A DNA stretch of 37,576 nt from Burkholderiales bacterium (GCA_049691875.1 JBAVOG010000312.1:1-37576), one strand, 5' to 3'; counted from the stretch's first letter, positions 1 through 11,553 are shown. Numbers and translations: made by a program. The notes: generated by a model from the sequence alone, not told the origin.

Positions 1-1238
1 GGCGCGGGCAGGATGCGCCGCGAGCCCGGTCAAAGTCCGCGCGCGGCCGAAGAGGCGCCGCGCGGCCCACTGCCGGTTCACAGGGATTCGGCTGGGGTGG
101 GCGCACATTTCCGGAGGAGTACGACCGGAGCCTGCTGTGGGCGGCACTGTGCCTCCTGACGTTCGGGCTCGTGATGGTCTATTCCGCGTCCATTGCGACC
201 GCCGAGGCGGCGCGGTACGCGGATCATCAGCCGGCTTATTTCCTGCTCCGGCACCTCGTAGCGCTCGGTGTGGCGTTCTTCGCAGGGGCGCTCGCGTTTC
301 AGGTGCCCGTGCGCGCGTGGCAGCGCGCCGCGCCGTGGCTATTCGTGTTGGGTGTTACGGCCCTTGCGCTGGTGCTCATCCCGGGCCTCGGCCGGGAAGT
401 CAATGGCGCGCGCCGATGGCTCGCGCTGCCCGGCTTCAACCTGCAGCCGTCGGAGCTCGTGAAGATCGCGGCAGTCCTGTACGCGGCCGACTACACCGCA
501 CGCAAGACCGCGGTGATGCACAGCTTTCGGGACGGATTGTTGCCGATGCTCGGCGTGATGCTCGTCGTCGGCTGGCTGCTGCTGCGCGAGCCGGATTTCG
601 GCGCGTTCGTCGTGATCGCCCTGGTCTCAACCGGCATCCTCTTCGTCGGCGGCATGAACGTCAGGTGGTTCGGCGGCCTGCTCGTGCTCATGCTGACCGG
701 GTTCGTCGCGCTGGTCCTCTCGTCGCCGTATCGCATGCAGCGGATATTCGGATTCATGGACCCGTGGTCCGATGCGTACGGACAGGGCTATCAGCTCTCG
801 CACGCATTGATCGCCTTCGGGCGGGGCGAGTGGTTCGGCGTCGGCCTGGGTGCGAGCGTGGAGAAGCTCTTCTACCTCCCCGAGGCGCATACCGATTTTC
901 TGCTGGCCGTGATCGGCGAGGAGCTCGGCTTCGCGGGCGTGCTCGTCGTGGTCGGACTGTTCGCCTGGCTGGTGCTGCGCGCGTTTGCCGTCGGCCGCCA
1001 GGCCGCCGTACTGGAGCGGCCGTTTGCCGCGCTGGTCGCGCAGGGCTTTGCAATCTGGTTCGGCGTCCAGGCGTTCATCAACATGGGCGTCAATCTCGGC
1101 GTGCTGCCGACCAAAGGCCTGACGCTCCCGTTCATGAGCTTCGGGGGCACCGCGATCCTCGCCAACTGCGTGGCCCTCGCGATCCTGCTGCGGATCGATT
1201 GGGAGAATCGCCAGCTCATGCGAGGTCACCAGGCATGA
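1..1238 (+). CDS. ftsW: Cell-division SEDS protein FtsW, 5'-partial (start codon lies upstream of the window)
   Basis: Track ORF 171..1238. The same frame (+3) is open back to nt 3, with no stop and no ATG/GTG. It reads ...[28 protein letters not shown], the conserved FtsW/RodA first TM motif. Polytopic membrane protein with ...[13 protein letters not shown]... near the C-terminus. Sits immediately before murG, as in dcw clusters. Confidence 0.9.
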   Translation, partial: RGQDAPRARSKSARGRRGAARPTAGSQGFGWGGRTFPEEYDRSLLWAALCLLTFGLVMVYSASIATAEAARYADHQPAYFLLRHLVALGVAFFAGALAFQVPVRAWQRAAPWLFVLGVTALALVLIPGLGREVNGARRWLALPGFNLQPSELVKIAAVLYAADYTARKTAVMHSFRDGLLPMLGVMLVVGWLLLREPDFGAFVVIALVSTGILFVGGMNVRWFGGLLVLMLTGFVALVLSSPYRMQRIFGFMDPWSDAYGQGYQLSHALIAFGRGEWFGVGLGASVEKLFYLPEAHTDFLLAVIGEELGFAGVLVVVGLFAWLVLRAFAVGRQAAVLERPFAALVAQGFAIWFGVQAFINMGVNLGVLPTKGLTLPFMSFGGTAILANCVALAILLRIDWENRQLMRGHQA

Positions 1239-1254
1239 CGACTGCGCAACGGAT

Positions 1255-2316
1255 ATGGCGCGAACCATCATGATCATGGCGGGCGGAACCGGCGGGCACG
1301 TGTTTCCGGCACTGGCCGTTGCGGATACGTTGCGCGCCGCAGGCTGGAACGTGGTCTGGCTCGGCGCGCGAACCGGAATGGAGGCCACCCTGGTTCCCGC
1401 GCGTGGCTACGAGGTCGCCTGGGTAAGATTTTCAGGGTTGCGCGGCAAGGGCATCCTGGCAAAGCTCCTGCTGCCGATGAATCTTCTCGTCGCCTTCTGG
1501 CAGAGCGCGCGGGCGATCTTCGCGCGGCGACCGGATGTGGTGCTGGGAATGGGGGGCTACATCTCGTTCCCGGGCGGAATGATGGCATCGCTCCTGAACC
1601 GTCCGCTCGCGATACACGAGCAGAACTCGGTGGCAGGGCTCGCCAACCGGGTGCTCGCGCACCTCGCCGATCGCGTGCTCGTCTCCTTCCCGGAAACGCT
1701 CCTGAAGGGCGAGTTCGTCGGAAATCCGGTGCGCGCGGAGATCGCGCGGATTGCCCCGCCCGCGGAGCGATACGCGTCCCGCAACGGTCCCCTACGGCTC
1801 CTCGTGGTCGGGGGCAGTCTCGGGGCGGCGGCATTGAACGACGTCGTGCCGAGTGCGCTTGCCCGGATACCGGAAGCGGCGCGACCGATGGTCACTCATC
1901 AGTCGGGCGACAAGCATATCGCCGCGTTGCGCGCGAACTACGCAGCAGCTCGTGTTGCAGCCGAGCTCGTCCCGTTCATCGAGGACATGGCCGCCGCATA
2001 CGCCGGCGCCGATGTCGTGATCTGCCGTTCGGGAGCGACCACGGTGGCGGAGCTCGCGGCGACGGGCGTCGCGAGTCTGCTCGTCCCGTTCCCGTTCGCG
2101 GTCGACGATCATCAGACGACCAACGCCCGGTATCTCGTCGATCGCGGTGCGGCCATCCTCGCGCAGCAGGCCGAGCTCACGCCGGACCGGCTGGCGGAGA
2201 TCCTGGGAGGCCTCACGCGCGACGCGTTGCGTCAGATGGCCGAGCGCGCGCGCTCCGCCGCGAGACCCGATGCGACGCAAGCCGTTGCGCGCGCATGCAT
2301 GGAGCTTGCGAAGTGA
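1255..2316 (+). CDS. murG: UDP-N-acetylglucosamine--N-acetylmuramyl-(pentapeptide) pyrophosphoryl-undecaprenol GlcNAc transferase MurG
   Basis: Track ORF 1255..2316. N-terminal [18 protein letters not shown] glycine loop typical of MurG, and C-terminal [12 protein letters not shown] motif. Position between ftsW and murC. Confidence 0.95.
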   Translation: MARTIMIMAGGTGGHVFPALAVADTLRAAGWNVVWLGARTGMEATLVPARGYEVAWVRFSGLRGKGILAKLLLPMNLLVAFWQSARAIFARRPDVVLGMGGYISFPGGMMASLLNRPLAIHEQNSVAGLANRVLAHLADRVLVSFPETLLKGEFVGNPVRAEIARIAPPAERYASRNGPLRLLVVGGSLGAAALNDVVPSALARIPEAARPMVTHQSGDKHIAALRANYAAARVAAELVPFIEDMAAAYAGADVVICRSGATTVAELAATGVASLLVPFPFAVDDHQTTNARYLVDRGAAILAQQAELTPDRLAEILGGLTRDALRQMAERARSAARPDATQAVARACMELAK

Positions 2317-3701
2317 AGCACAAGGTCAAGCGCATCCACTTCGTGGGCGTTGGCGGCTCCGGGATGAGCGGGATCGCGGAGGTCCTGGCGAATCTTGACT
2401 ACCAGGTGTCCGGATCGGATATCGCTGCAAATCCAGCTACCGAGCGTCTCGCGCGTCTCGGCGTGAAGGTGACGATCGGGCACGCTGCGGAGAATGTCTC
2501 GCAGGCCGATGTCGTGGTCGTATCGACTGCGGTGCGCTCGGATAATCCAGAAGTGCTCGCGGCGCGCGCGCGCCGTGTTCCGGTCGTGCCGCGCGCGATG
2601 ATGCTTGCCGAGCTGATGCGCCTGAAGCGAGGCATCGCCGTCGCCGGCACGCACGGCAAGACCACCACGACCAGCCTGGTCGCTAGCGTCCTGGCGGAAG
2701 GCGGACTGGATCCGACCTTCGTCATCGGCGGGCGGCTCACTGCGGCGGCGTCGAACGCGAAGCTCGGCGCCGGCGAGTTCATCGTGGTCGAGGCCGACGA
2801 ATCCGACGCGTCGTTCCTCCACCTGCAGCCGGTGATCGCGGTGGTCACGAACATCGACGCCGACCACATGGAGACCTACGAGCACGATTTCGCGAAACTG
2901 AAGCAGGCGTTCATCGAGTTCACCCGCAATCTGCCCTTCTACGGAACCGCGGTGTTGTGCGCCGACGACCCGCACGTACGGGAGATCATGCCCTTCGTCT
3001 CCAAGCCCATCGTGACCTACGGATTCAGCGCGGATGCGATGCTGCGCGCCGAGGGCATCGAGCACGCGGATGGCCAGATGCGCTTCCGCGTTCCGCGTGA
3101 AGGCGCCGCGCCGCTCGAATTCCGGCTGAACCTGCCCGGCCGTCACAATGTTCAGAACGCGCTCGCGGCAGTCGCGGTGGGTCGCGAGCTCGGCATTGCC
3201 GACGCGGCGATACAGAAGGCGCTCGCGGAGTTTCGCGGTGTGGGACGACGGTTCCAGCAATATGGCCAGGCGCCGCTGCCCGGCGGCGGCACGATGACCG
3301 TGGTCGACGACTACGGTCATCACCCCGCCGAGATGGAAGCCACCCTCGACGCAGCGCGTGGCGCCTTCCCCGGACGGCGTCTCGTGCTCGCGTTCCAGCC
3401 GCATCGCTACACGCGCACGCGCGATCTCTTCGAGGACTTCGTGAGAGTGTTGTCGCTCGCCGATTGCGTGCTGCTTGCGGAGGTGTACCCCGCAGGAGAG
3501 TCGCCACTCGTCGCGGCCGACGGACGCTCGCTCGCCCGTGCGGTTCGGGTGGCCGGGAAGGTCGAACCGATCTTCGTCGAGGACATTGCCGACATGCCGG
3601 AGGCGATCCGGCAAGCCGCACGCCACCGGGACGTGGTGGTCACGATGGGCGCCGGATCGATCGGCGCCGTTCCCCAGCGACTCATGAATCCGAATTCCTG
3701 A
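2313..3701 (+). CDS. murC: UDP-N-acetylmuramate--L-alanine ligase MurC
   Basis: Track ORF 2295..3701. Motifs [19 protein letters not shown] and the [11 protein letters not shown]-loop. I prefer GTG 2313 as start: it gives [12 protein letters not shown], like other MurC N-termini, and overlaps the murG stop as GTGA. ATG 2295 is the alternative. Confidence 0.92.
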   Translation: MKHKVKRIHFVGVGGSGMSGIAEVLANLDYQVSGSDIAANPATERLARLGVKVTIGHAAENVSQADVVVVSTAVRSDNPEVLAARARRVPVVPRAMMLAELMRLKRGIAVAGTHGKTTTTSLVASVLAEGGLDPTFVIGGRLTAAASNAKLGAGEFIVVEADESDASFLHLQPVIAVVTNIDADHMETYEHDFAKLKQAFIEFTRNLPFYGTAVLCADDPHVREIMPFVSKPIVTYGFSADAMLRAEGIEHADGQMRFRVPREGAAPLEFRLNLPGRHNVQNALAAVAVGRELGIADAAIQKALAEFRGVGRRFQQYGQAPLPGGGTMTVVDDYGHHPAEMEATLDAARGAFPGRRLVLAFQPHRYTRTRDLFEDFVRVLSLADCVLLAEVYPAGESPLVAADGRSLARAVRVAGKVEPIFVEDIADMPEAIRQAARHRDVVVTMGAGSIGAVPQRLMNPNS

Positions 3702-3708
3702 CCGACCG

Positions 3709-4683
3709 ATGGACATGGCCGAGCAAAGACATGTGAGCAACGCAGCCGGCGCCAACGAGCTTCGCGGCCGGCTGCTGCGCGACGAGCCGATGGCCCGTCA
3801 TGTCAGCTGGCGCGCCGGGGGAAGCGCGGCGCGCGCGTATCGGCCCGCCGATCTCGCCGACCTGGCACTGTTTCTGCGCACACTGCCGATCGACGAAGAG
3901 CCGGTCTGCTTCGTCGGCCTCGGCAGCAACCTGCTCGTGCGCGATGGTGGCTTCTCGGGGACAGTGATCCTCCTGCACGACACGCACGGTTCGTTGCGCG
4001 TCGCGGGCGACGTAGTTCACGCCGAGGCCGGGGTGGCAAGTCCGAAGGTTGCACGGCTCGCGGCAACTCACGGCCTCGAAGGCGCGGAGTTTCTGGCGGG
4101 CATTCCGGGCACGGTGGGCGGCGCGCTGGCCATGAACGCCGGCTGCTACGGATCGGAGACCTGGGATTGCGTGGCAGGCGCCCGCATGATCGACCGGACC
4201 GGCCAACTGATCAATCGCACGCATGCGGATTTCGAGATCGGCTACCGGCACGTGGCGCTGAAACGCGGACGTCTGGGCGAGGACACATGGTTCGTCGGCG
4301 CCTCGTTCCGGTTCCGGCCGGGAGACTCGACGAAGGCGCGTGCCCGGATCCGGGATCTGCTGGCGCGTCGCGTTGCGACCCAGCCGCTCAACCTGCCGAA
4401 CGCGGGATCGGTGTTCCGCAATCCGCCCGACGGATATGCGGCCCAGCTCATCGAAGCTTGCGGGCTGAAAGGGTATGCGATCGGCGGCGCCCGCATTTCG
4501 GAGAAGCACGCGAACTTCATCGTCAATCCGAAGGGCGGCGCGAGCGCGGCGGACATCGAGGCGCTCATCGCACATGCGCGCGACACCGTTCGCACGAAGT
4601 TCGGCCTCGACCTGGTTCCCGAGGTGCGCATCATCGGGGCACCCGGCCGATCGGGGAACTCAGCTGGAGGCGCCGGGCGATGA
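3709..4683 (+). CDS. murB: UDP-N-acetylenolpyruvoylglucosamine reductase MurB
   Basis: Track ORF 3709..4683. MurB-like motifs: [57 protein letters not shown]. Lies between murC and ddl. Confidence 0.9.
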   Translation: MDMAEQRHVSNAAGANELRGRLLRDEPMARHVSWRAGGSAARAYRPADLADLALFLRTLPIDEEPVCFVGLGSNLLVRDGGFSGTVILLHDTHGSLRVAGDVVHAEAGVASPKVARLAATHGLEGAEFLAGIPGTVGGALAMNAGCYGSETWDCVAGARMIDRTGQLINRTHADFEIGYRHVALKRGRLGEDTWFVGASFRFRPGDSTKARARIRDLLARRVATQPLNLPNAGSVFRNPPDGYAAQLIEACGLKGYAIGGARISEKHANFIVNPKGGASAADIEALIAHARDTVRTKFGLDLVPEVRIIGAPGRSGNSAGGAGR

Positions 4684-5636
4684 CCGCGCACTCTCCTCAG
4701 TCGTTCGGAAAGGTAGGCGTGCTTCTCGGTGGCCGGTCCGCCGAGCGGGACGTTTCGCTGAAGAGCGGCTCGATGGTCCTGGGTGCATTGCGCGGCCGGG
4801 GCGTCGATGCTCATCCGTTCGATCCGCGCGACCGCGGGCTCGATGCGCTGATCGCGGAGCGCTTCGATCGAGTCTTCATCGCGTTACACGGGCGATATGG
4901 TGAAGACGGAACCATTCAGGGCGCCCTCGAGTTGCTCGGTATCCCGTATACCGGCGCCGGGGTGATGGCGAGCGCGCTCGCGATGGACAAATGGCGCACG
5001 AAGCTCGTCTGGGCGGCAGCCGGGATACCTACGCCCGAATACGAGCTTCTCGACGCGCGCACCGATTTCGCCGTCGTGGCCGACCGCCTCGGCCTGCCCA
5101 TCATGGTGAAGCCGGTCAATGAAGGTTCTTCGATTGGCATGACCAAAGTACGTCAGGAGTCCGGGCTCCGCGACGCCTATGCACTCGCCGCCAGATACGA
5201 CTTGCTGGTGATGGCGGAGCGGTTTATCGACGGCACCGAGCTCACCGTCGGCATCGTGGGCGGCGCGGCACTTCCGGCGATACGCCTCGAGACGCCGCGC
5301 GATTTCTACGACTACGAGGCGAAGTACGTCACGGACGATACGCGTTACATCCTGCCGTGCGGACTTTCGGAAGTCGCCGAGAGGGACATTGCGCGCGACT
5401 CGCTGCGCGCATTCGACACGCTGGGCTGCCGCGGGTGGGGCCGCGTCGACCTGATGCTCGATCGTGCCGGGAAGCCCTACTTCTTGGAGGTCAACACGTC
5501 GCCGGGAATGACCGACCACTCGCTCGTGCCGATGGCGGCGCGGCATGCGGGAATCTCGTTCGACGAGCTGTGCATGCGCATTCTCGCGTCGGCAGCGCTG
5601 GGCGGCACGGAGGCGGGGAGGATGCATGTGGAATAG
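4680..5636 (+). CDS. ddl: D-alanine--D-alanine ligase
   Basis: Internal ATG 4680 of track ORF 4167..5636, overlapping the murB stop as [34 protein letters not shown]..., ATP-grasp core, and C-terminal [11 protein letters not shown]. The upstream part of the ORF overlaps murB and is Arg-rich junk. Confidence 0.93.
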   Translation: MTAHSPQSFGKVGVLLGGRSAERDVSLKSGSMVLGALRGRGVDAHPFDPRDRGLDALIAERFDRVFIALHGRYGEDGTIQGALELLGIPYTGAGVMASALAMDKWRTKLVWAAAGIPTPEYELLDARTDFAVVADRLGLPIMVKPVNEGSSIGMTKVRQESGLRDAYALAARYDLLVMAERFIDGTELTVGIVGGAALPAIRLETPRDFYDYEAKYVTDDTRYILPCGLSEVAERDIARDSLRAFDTLGCRGWGRVDLMLDRAGKPYFLEVNTSPGMTDHSLVPMAARHAGISFDELCMRILASAALGGTEAGRMHVE

Positions 5637-6396
5637 TCCGCGCCTCCTGAACAGCATTGCCCGTGGCCTGTTCCTTGCGGCGGGTGCCATTGCGATCTAC
5701 CTGATCGCACGCGCGGCGATGAGCTCAACGCTCTTCCCGCTGCGCACGGTGACCGTCGCCGGTAACTTGCAGCACGTGAGTGGGGAGGCGATCCGGGCCG
5801 GGCTGGCAGGCCGTGTTTCGGGAAACTTCTTCGCGGCGAATCTCGACGCGTTGCGCAGCGCGTTGGAGGAACTCCCCTGGGTGCGACGGGCGGTGGTTCG
5901 GAGGTATTGGCCGGACCTCATCCAGATTCGCATCGAGGAACAGGTACCGATTGCGCGCTGGACCGACCGGCGGCTCGTCAACACTTATGGCGAGCTCTTC
6001 CGCGGTGACTTCGATACCGCGCTGCCGACGCTCGGCGGCCCACCGGGAACAGAGCGCCAGGTCGTCACGCGCTATGCAGTGTTCAGTGCGCTTCTCGCGC
6101 CGCTCGGAACCGAGCTCGTGCAGCTCGTCCTGTCGCCCCGCTACGCCTGGCAGATCAAGCTTGCGAACGGCGCCACGCTCGAGCTAGGACGCGAGCAGGC
6201 ACGTGGGCCGGCCGAAGCGAGGCTCGAACGTTTCATTTCCACGTACCCGCAGGTGGTCGCTGACCTCGGCCATCCGGTCGAGCACGTGGATCTGCGCTAC
6301 CCGAATGGATTTTCCGTGCGCGTCGCCGCGTCCGCCGTCGAGGCGGACGAGAAGGCGCGCCCGCCAGTTGCCTCGCGCCGTACGTTGAAGGAGTGA
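5626..6396 (+). CDS. ftsQ: Cell division protein FtsQ
   Basis: Internal ATG 5626 of track ORF 5545..6396, preceded by GGAGGCGGGGAGG and overlapping the ddl stop by 11 nt. Single N-terminal TM segment ([14 protein letters not shown]), then a POTRA-like [19 protein letters not shown]. Position before ftsA. Confidence 0.85.
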   Translation: MWNSPRLLNSIARGLFLAAGAIAIYLIARAAMSSTLFPLRTVTVAGNLQHVSGEAIRAGLAGRVSGNFFAANLDALRSALEELPWVRRAVVRRYWPDLIQIRIEEQVPIARWTDRRLVNTYGELFRGDFDTALPTLGGPPGTERQVVTRYAVFSALLAPLGTELVQLVLSPRYAWQIKLANGATLELGREQARGPAEARLERFISTYPQVVADLGHPVEHVDLRYPNGFSVRVAASAVEADEKARPPVASRRTLKE

Positions 6397-6403
6397 CCGT
6401 GCC

Positions 6404-7762
6404 ATGCAGAAGGACATGACGTTGTATCTGGACCATGGAGACATCGAGCACGAGCTCGATCTCCGGCATCGACCCGAGCACCGCCAGCCCACGCCGGAGC
6501 CCGCTCCTGCGCGCAACGCGCTGACCGGAAAGCTGCGGCGTGAGGCGCGCAATCAGCTCGTCGGCCTGGATATCGGAACTTCCAAAGTCGTCGCGCTGGT
6601 GGCGGAGTTGACCCCCGATGGGCGGCTCGACGTCATCGGCATGGGCAGCCACGATTCGAGCGGCCTGAAGAAGGGCGTGGTCGTGAACATCGAGGCCACC
6701 GTGACGGCCATCCAGCGCGCGCTCGAGGAGGCCGAGCTGATGGCCGATTGCAAGATCCAGCGCGTATTCACCGGCATCGCCGGCAGTCACATTCGCAGCT
6801 TCAACTCCACGGGGATGGTCGCCATCAAGGACCGCGAGGTGACGCCCGTCGACGTGGAGCGCGTGATCGAGACGGCACGCGCCATGCCGATCCCGACGGA
6901 TCAGCAGGTGCTGCACATCCTCACCCAGGAGTTCCTGATCGACGGACAGGACGGCATCCGCGAACCGCTCGGAATGAGCGGCGTCCGGCTCGAGGTCAAG
7001 ACGCACATCGTGACAGGCGCGGTCTCCGCGGCCCAGAACATCGTGAAGTGCGTGCGGCGCTGCGGGCTGGAGGTCGCCGATCTGATCCTGCAGCCGCTCG
7101 CGTCCAGCCTGGCGGTGCTCTCGGAGGACGAGAAGGAACTGGGTGTCGCGCTGGTGGATATCGGTGGCGGCACGACCGATGTCGCGATCTTCCGCGAGGG
7201 CGCGATACGCCACACCGCGGTGATCCCGATCGCGGGGGACCAGATCACCAACGACATCGCGATGGCACTTCGCACGCCGACTCCCGATGCCGAGGAGATC
7301 AAGCTGCGCTACGGGTGCGCGCTGCGCGGGCTCGCAGACCCCGCAGAGATGCTCGAGGTCCCCGGCCTGGGGGACCGTGCGCCGCGCGAGCTGTCCCGTC
7401 AGACGCTGGCCGAGGTCATCGAGCCGCGGGTCGAGGAGCTCTATTCGCTCGTGCAGCAAGTGCTGCGCCATTCGGGATTCGCAGAGCTGATCTCCTCGGG
7501 AATCGTGCTGACGGGCGGCTCTTCGGTCATGCAGGGCATGGTCGATCTCGGCGAGGAGATCTTCCACATGCCGGTGCGGCTCGGCACGCCGCGCTACGGA
7601 GGCGGACTTGCCGAGGTCGTCCATCACCCCCGTTATGCGACGGCAATGGGCCTTCTGCTGGAAGGCAAATCACAACTCGAGCGAGGGATCCTCGCCCGCC
7701 AGAGCGGCACTTTCAAACTGACCCTGAGGAGGATGCGCGAATGGTTCCAGAAAAATTTCTAG
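6404..7762 (+). CDS. ftsA: Cell division protein FtsA (actin-like ATPase), with about 45 extra N-terminal residues if ATG 6404 is used
   Basis: Track ORF 6404..7762. LVGLDIGTSKVVALVAEL phosphate-1 motif, VDIGGGTTDVAIF, and a C-terminal amphipathic helix LRRMREWFQKNF. The only in-frame ATG/GTG/TTG starts upstream of the LVGLDIG motif are at 6404, 6416 and 6422. Confidence 0.92.
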   Translation: MQKDMTLYLDHGDIEHELDLRHRPEHRQPTPEPAPARNALTGKLRREARNQLVGLDIGTSKVVALVAELTPDGRLDVIGMGSHDSSGLKKGVVVNIEATVTAIQRALEEAELMADCKIQRVFTGIAGSHIRSFNSTGMVAIKDREVTPVDVERVIETARAMPIPTDQQVLHILTQEFLIDGQDGIREPLGMSGVRLEVKTHIVTGAVSAAQNIVKCVRRCGLEVADLILQPLASSLAVLSEDEKELGVALVDIGGGTTDVAIFREGAIRHTAVIPIAGDQITNDIAMALRTPTPDAEEIKLRYGCALRGLADPAEMLEVPGLGDRAPRELSRQTLAEVIEPRVEELYSLVQQVLRHSGFAELISSGIVLTGGSSVMQGMVDLGEEIFHMPVRLGTPRYGGGLAEVVHHPRYATAMGLLLEGKSQLERGILARQSGTFKLTLRRMREWFQKNF

Positions 7763-7815
7763 TCCGCGCGGCGCGGATCATCTTTTCCTAAAACCCGGTG
7801 AGCAAGGAGGTAAGC

Positions 7816-8967
7816 ATGTTCGAGATACTGGAAACGCAGGTGAACGGAACGGTCATCAAGGTAATCGGCGTGGGAGGTGCGGGCGGTAACGCGGTCGACC
7901 ACATGATCCGCAACGGCGTGGGCGGCGTGGAGTTCATCTCCGCCAACACCGATGCGCAGGCACTTTCCCGCACGCTCGCCAAGCAGCACATCCAGCTCGG
8001 GGGCTCGGGGCTCGGCGCGGGGGCCCGTCCGGAGGCCGGGCGCGACGCGGCGCTCGAGGCCCGTGAACAGATTCGCGAGGCGCTGACGGGCGCTCACATG
8101 GCGTTCATCACGGCCGGGATGGGCGGCGGTACCGGTACCGGGGCCGTGCCAGTGGTCGCCGAAATCGCGAAGGAGCTCGGAATCCTGACAGTCGCGGTGG
8201 TGACCAAGCCGTTCGCCTTCGAGGGCAAGCGCATGAAGGTCGCGGAAACGGGGATCGACGACCTTGGCGCGCACGTCGACTCGCTCATCGTCATCCTGAA
8301 CGAGCGGTTGATGGACGTGCTCGGCGACGACGTGTCCATGAAGGAGGCATTCCGCGCGGCCGACGACGTCCTGCACAATGCCGTCGCAGGTATTGCCGAA
8401 ATCATCAACTGTCCGGGGCTCGTGAACGTCGACTTCGAGGACGTGCGTACCGTGATGGGGGAGATGGGCATGGCCATGATGGGATCGTCGTACGCGAATG
8501 GCGTGGACCGCGCGCGCGTCGCCGCCGAGCAGGCCGTGGCCAGTCCGCTGCTCGAAGGTGTCAATCTGTCCGGCGCCCGCGGTGTGCTAGTGAACATCAC
8601 GGCGAGCGAGGGGCTGAAGATGCGCGAAGTCAACGAGGTCATGAATACCGTGCGGAGCTTCGCGGCCGACGACGCGACGATCATCTTCGGCGCCGTGTAC
8701 GACGAATCGCTCGGCGACGATCTTCGGGTCACGGTGGTCGCGACCGGTCTTGGTCAGGCGCAACTCGCGGCGCGCCAACCGCGTCCGCAGCTCGTCGTCC
8801 AGCGGACCGGAACGCATGACACCCCCGTGGGCGGCATCGATTTCGGCGCACTGGATTCGGCGCCGGCGGTGTTTCGCAAGAATCGCGCATCGACGATCGA
8901 GGCACTCGCCCAGAGCGGGGTGGACAAGTACGACATACCGGCTTTCCTCCGCAAGCAGGCGGATTGA
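7816..8967 (+). CDS. ftsZ: Cell division GTPase FtsZ
   Basis: Track ORF 7798..8967. ATG 7816 is preceded by AAGGAGG. MFEILE...[18 protein letters not shown], the tubulin signature GGGTGTGA, and the C-terminal conserved peptide [11 protein letters not shown]. Confidence 0.96.
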   Translation: MFEILETQVNGTVIKVIGVGGAGGNAVDHMIRNGVGGVEFISANTDAQALSRTLAKQHIQLGGSGLGAGARPEAGRDAALEAREQIREALTGAHMAFITAGMGGGTGTGAVPVVAEIAKELGILTVAVVTKPFAFEGKRMKVAETGIDDLGAHVDSLIVILNERLMDVLGDDVSMKEAFRAADDVLHNAVAGIAEIINCPGLVNVDFEDVRTVMGEMGMAMMGSSYANGVDRARVAAEQAVASPLLEGVNLSGARGVLVNITASEGLKMREVNEVMNTVRSFAADDATIIFGAVYDESLGDDLRVTVVATGLGQAQLAARQPRPQLVVQRTGTHDTPVGGIDFGALDSAPAVFRKNRASTIEALAQSGVDKYDIPAFLRKQAD

Positions 8968-9057
8968 AGGAGCAACGCCGGGAGGGCGCAGCGGTCCCAT
9001 CTTCGGTCCGACGTGAAATGCCGCACTGCAGCAATACGGGGCCCGGGCGTCCCAGAC

Positions 9058-9086
9058 TGGCGAGGGGCTAATTTGCGATGTAGAAT
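9058..9086 (+). promoter_or_regulatory. Candidate sigma70 promoter for lpxC (-35 TGGCGA, 17-nt spacer, -10 TAGAAT)
   Basis: TAGAAT at 9081-9086 with TGGCGA at 9058-9063. Located about 30 nt upstream of the lpxC ATG. Pattern match by eye only. Confidence 0.25.
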
Positions 9087-9113
9087 GTAACCCTTTGCGA
9101 ACAAAGAAGAACG

Positions 9114-10028
9114 ATGCTTGCGCAACGCACCATAAAGGCAGGAATCAAGGCGACCGGGATCGGCCTTCATACCGGGAAGAAGGTGACCATGTCGCTCCGT
9201 CCCGCGCCGAAGGACACGGGGATCGTGTTCCGGCGTGTCGACCTCGATGCAACGGCAGACATCAAGGCTAGCGCCGAGGCCGTCACGGATACACGGCTCT
9301 GCAGCTCGCTCGAATCGAATGGCGTCAAGGTCGCGACCGTCGAGCACCTCATGTCGGCACTCGCCGGACTCGGGATCGACAACCTCTACATCGACCTGTC
9401 GGGTCCCGAAGTGCCCATCATGGATGGGAGCGCTGCACCGTTCGTGTTCCTGCTGCAATCCGCCGGGCTCGCGGAGCTGAACGCGCCCAAGCAGTTCTTC
9501 CGGATCCGCCGGCCCGTCGAAGTACGCGACGGCGACAAGTGGGCGCGATTCGATCCATACGACGGTTTCCGTCTGACATTTTCGATCATCTTCGATCACC
9601 CGGTATTCGACCGCGCCGGCCAGACCATTACTGTGGATCTCGCCGAGACCTCGTATGTGAAGGAAGTCGCCCGCGCCCGGACATTCGGCTTCGTCCAGGA
9701 CGTCGAGGCGATGCGCAACGCAGGACTCGCTCTCGGCGGAAGCCTCGACAACGCGGTGGTACTCGACGAGTACCGCATCCTGAATACCGACGGATTGCGC
9801 TATGCCGACGAGTTCGTGAAGCACAAGGTACTCGACGCGATCGGCGATCTCTATCTCGTGGGGCACCCGCTGATCGGCGCTTTTTCAGCCCACAAGTCGG
9901 GCCATGCGCTCAACAACCAGCTGCTGCGTGCGACGCTTGCCGATCGCGAAGCTTGGGAGCTGGTGACCTTCCGGCGGACCGAAGACGCGCCGGCCGCCCT
10001 TGCCCGGCTGTTCCTTCAGCCGTCCTGA
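9114..10028 (+). CDS. lpxC: UDP-3-O-acyl-N-acetylglucosamine deacetylase LpxC
   Basis: Track ORF 9114..10028. [24 protein letters not shown]..., [33 protein letters not shown]. Classic position after ftsZ. Confidence 0.96.
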   Translation: MLAQRTIKAGIKATGIGLHTGKKVTMSLRPAPKDTGIVFRRVDLDATADIKASAEAVTDTRLCSSLESNGVKVATVEHLMSALAGLGIDNLYIDLSGPEVPIMDGSAAPFVFLLQSAGLAELNAPKQFFRIRRPVEVRDGDKWARFDPYDGFRLTFSIIFDHPVFDRAGQTITVDLAETSYVKEVARARTFGFVQDVEAMRNAGLALGGSLDNAVVLDEYRILNTDGLRYADEFVKHKVLDAIGDLYLVGHPLIGAFSAHKSGHALNNQLLRATLADREAWELVTFRRTEDAPAALARLFLQPS

Positions 10029-10096
10029 TCCCGGACCAGCCGGCGCCTGGAGAGATTCAGCGTCCGTCTACGTGCTTCAAGTGCGCGTGAATTAAT

Positions 10097-10528
10097 TCAC
10101 GACCGTGCTTTCCGGGCAAGTGACCGTATGGCGGTCCGCAGCCGCGATTCGGGGAGCTGGGCGCCCAGCCGGTCCAGGGCGGCCCCCGCCGCCGAGGACA
10201 ATTCCACAGTGGAACGTCGCTCCTGATCGGGGCGCGACATTCCCCCTTGTACTCGGGGCTCGATTCCAGTAACTTTCAGCCCTCGTCGACGTAGTTCGTT
10301 CACGATCGTCGGCGCAAGCAGCCGGAGCTTCGCAGCAGTGGCGTTGTTTTCGGCGAAGATAACAACATTTCCCTGTTTTACGCGGGCGATCTCGTAAAAT
10401 CCCCGCAGTGATTTCGGCAGGAGAGTGCGGAGAGCCTGCCGGATCTCAAGGAGTTCGGCCGCCTGCGGCACGAGGCGCCCAATTTCGGGTGCCGAGGACA
10501 GGAATTCGCCGAGTTTCTTGGGTGGCAT
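10097..10528 (-). CDS. DUF721-type (DciA-like) small basic protein
   Basis: Track ORF 10097..10528 (-), 143 aa. The segment ...ARVKQGNVVIFAENNATAAKLRLLAPTIVNELRRRG... resembles the DUF721 core. A gene of this family commonly lies between lpxC and the M23 peptidase/secA in Proteobacteria. Assignment from memory of the family, not searched. Confidence 0.6.
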   Translation of the reverse strand: MPPKKLGEFLSSAPEIGRLVPQAAELLEIRQALRTLLPKSLRGFYEIARVKQGNVVIFAENNATAAKLRLLAPTIVNELRRRGLKVTGIEPRVQGGMSRPDQERRSTVELSSAAGAALDRLGAQLPESRLRTAIRSLARKARS

Positions 10529-10551
10529 GGCGTGCGGTCCGAGGGGGATAC

Positions 10552-11538
10552 ATGCACATTATTCTAGTCTCCGACAGGCTGGCCAAGGCGAGATCGGTCC
10601 GGGTGAGCATCGCTCACGTGGCGCTTGCCGGCTTGGGTGTGCTGGGGCTGATGATCGGCGCTGCGGTCGGGCTCACCTATCTGGGCATCGAGCGCGCGGC
10701 CGAAATCAAGCATCCCGCCCTGCAATCCCTCGTGCGCGCGGCGCAGGAGCAGCAGGCCCGCCGTTCCGAAGAATACGTGCGGCAGAATCTCAGTGTGATG
10801 GCGGTGAAGCTCGGGCAGATGCAGGCCCAGTTGATGCGTCTCGATGCGCTAGGTGAGCGCCTTGGCACCGCCGCCGGGATCAGCCCGAGCGAGCTCAAAT
10901 TTGCGGAAATGCCGGGCCGGGGCGGCGCCCTGGTCACATCACCGGCTCCCCGCGATCTGGGCGTCGACGAATTGCGCCAACATCTGGACGCAATCGCGAA
11001 GCAGATGGAATGGCATACGGAACACCTGGGTATGATCGAGGGCAGCATGGTCGAGTCGCGCGCCAAGGCGCGCCAGCTGCCGACCTCCCTCCCCATCACG
11101 ACGACCTGGAATGCATCCGGCTTTGGCTGGCGAATCGACCCGATCACCGGGCAGGCCGCCGTGCACGAGGGTATCGATTTCATCGCCGAATCCGGAACAC
11201 CCATCCAGGCTGCCGCCGCCGGCGTCGTGGCGTTCGCGGGGTACCATCCCACGTATGGCCAACTCGTGGAAATTGACCATGGCGGCGGGCTTCTCACGCG
11301 GTATGCACACGCGTCCAAACTCCTCGTCAAGCAAGGTGAGTTCGTCAAGCGCGGGGCGGTCATCGCGAAAGTCGGAAGCACCGGCCGCTCGACCGGGTCG
11401 CATCTCCATTTCGAAGTGCGTCAGAATGGCAGGGCGCTGAATCCGACTCCATTTCTCCGGGGCGGAGAGAAGGCGGCCCTTGCCGCTGTCGAGGGAAAGC
11501 CGGTCGCGTCAAAGCCGAGCCGCAAGACGTCCAAGTAG
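10552..11538 (+). CDS. M23 family metallopeptidase (EnvC/NlpD-like murein hydrolase or activator)
   Basis: Internal ATG 10552 of track ORF 10408..11538, preceded by GAGGGGG. N-terminal TM segment (VALAGLGVLGLMIGAAV), a coiled-coil region, and a C-terminal LytM domain: HEGIDFIAESGTPIQAAAAGVV...GSTGRSTGSHLHFEVRQNG. Confidence 0.87.
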   Translation: MHIILVSDRLAKARSVRVSIAHVALAGLGVLGLMIGAAVGLTYLGIERAAEIKHPALQSLVRAAQEQQARRSEEYVRQNLSVMAVKLGQMQAQLMRLDALGERLGTAAGISPSELKFAEMPGRGGALVTSPAPRDLGVDELRQHLDAIAKQMEWHTEHLGMIEGSMVESRAKARQLPTSLPITTTWNASGFGWRIDPITGQAAVHEGIDFIAESGTPIQAAAAGVVAFAGYHPTYGQLVEIDHGGGLLTRYAHASKLLVKQGEFVKRGAVIAKVGSTGRSTGSHLHFEVRQNGRALNPTPFLRGGEKAALAAVEGKPVASKPSRKTSK

Positions 11539-11553
11539 TTCAAGCACAACCGC

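Noticed and set aside
137-1273. 378-aa Arg-rich ORF in frame +2 over ftsW
   Set aside because: An alternative-frame artefact. The FtsW frame has clear TM and SEDS motifs.
2232-3755. 507-aa ORF antisense to murC
   Set aside because: It lies fully opposite a confidently identified gene. Its composition (R/H/D/E/G/A-rich, no recognisable motifs) is typical of stop-poor antisense frames in high-GC DNA.
6233-7627. 464-aa ORF antisense to ftsA
   Set aside because: Same reasoning: a high-GC antisense artefact with no motifs, overlapping a conserved gene end to end.
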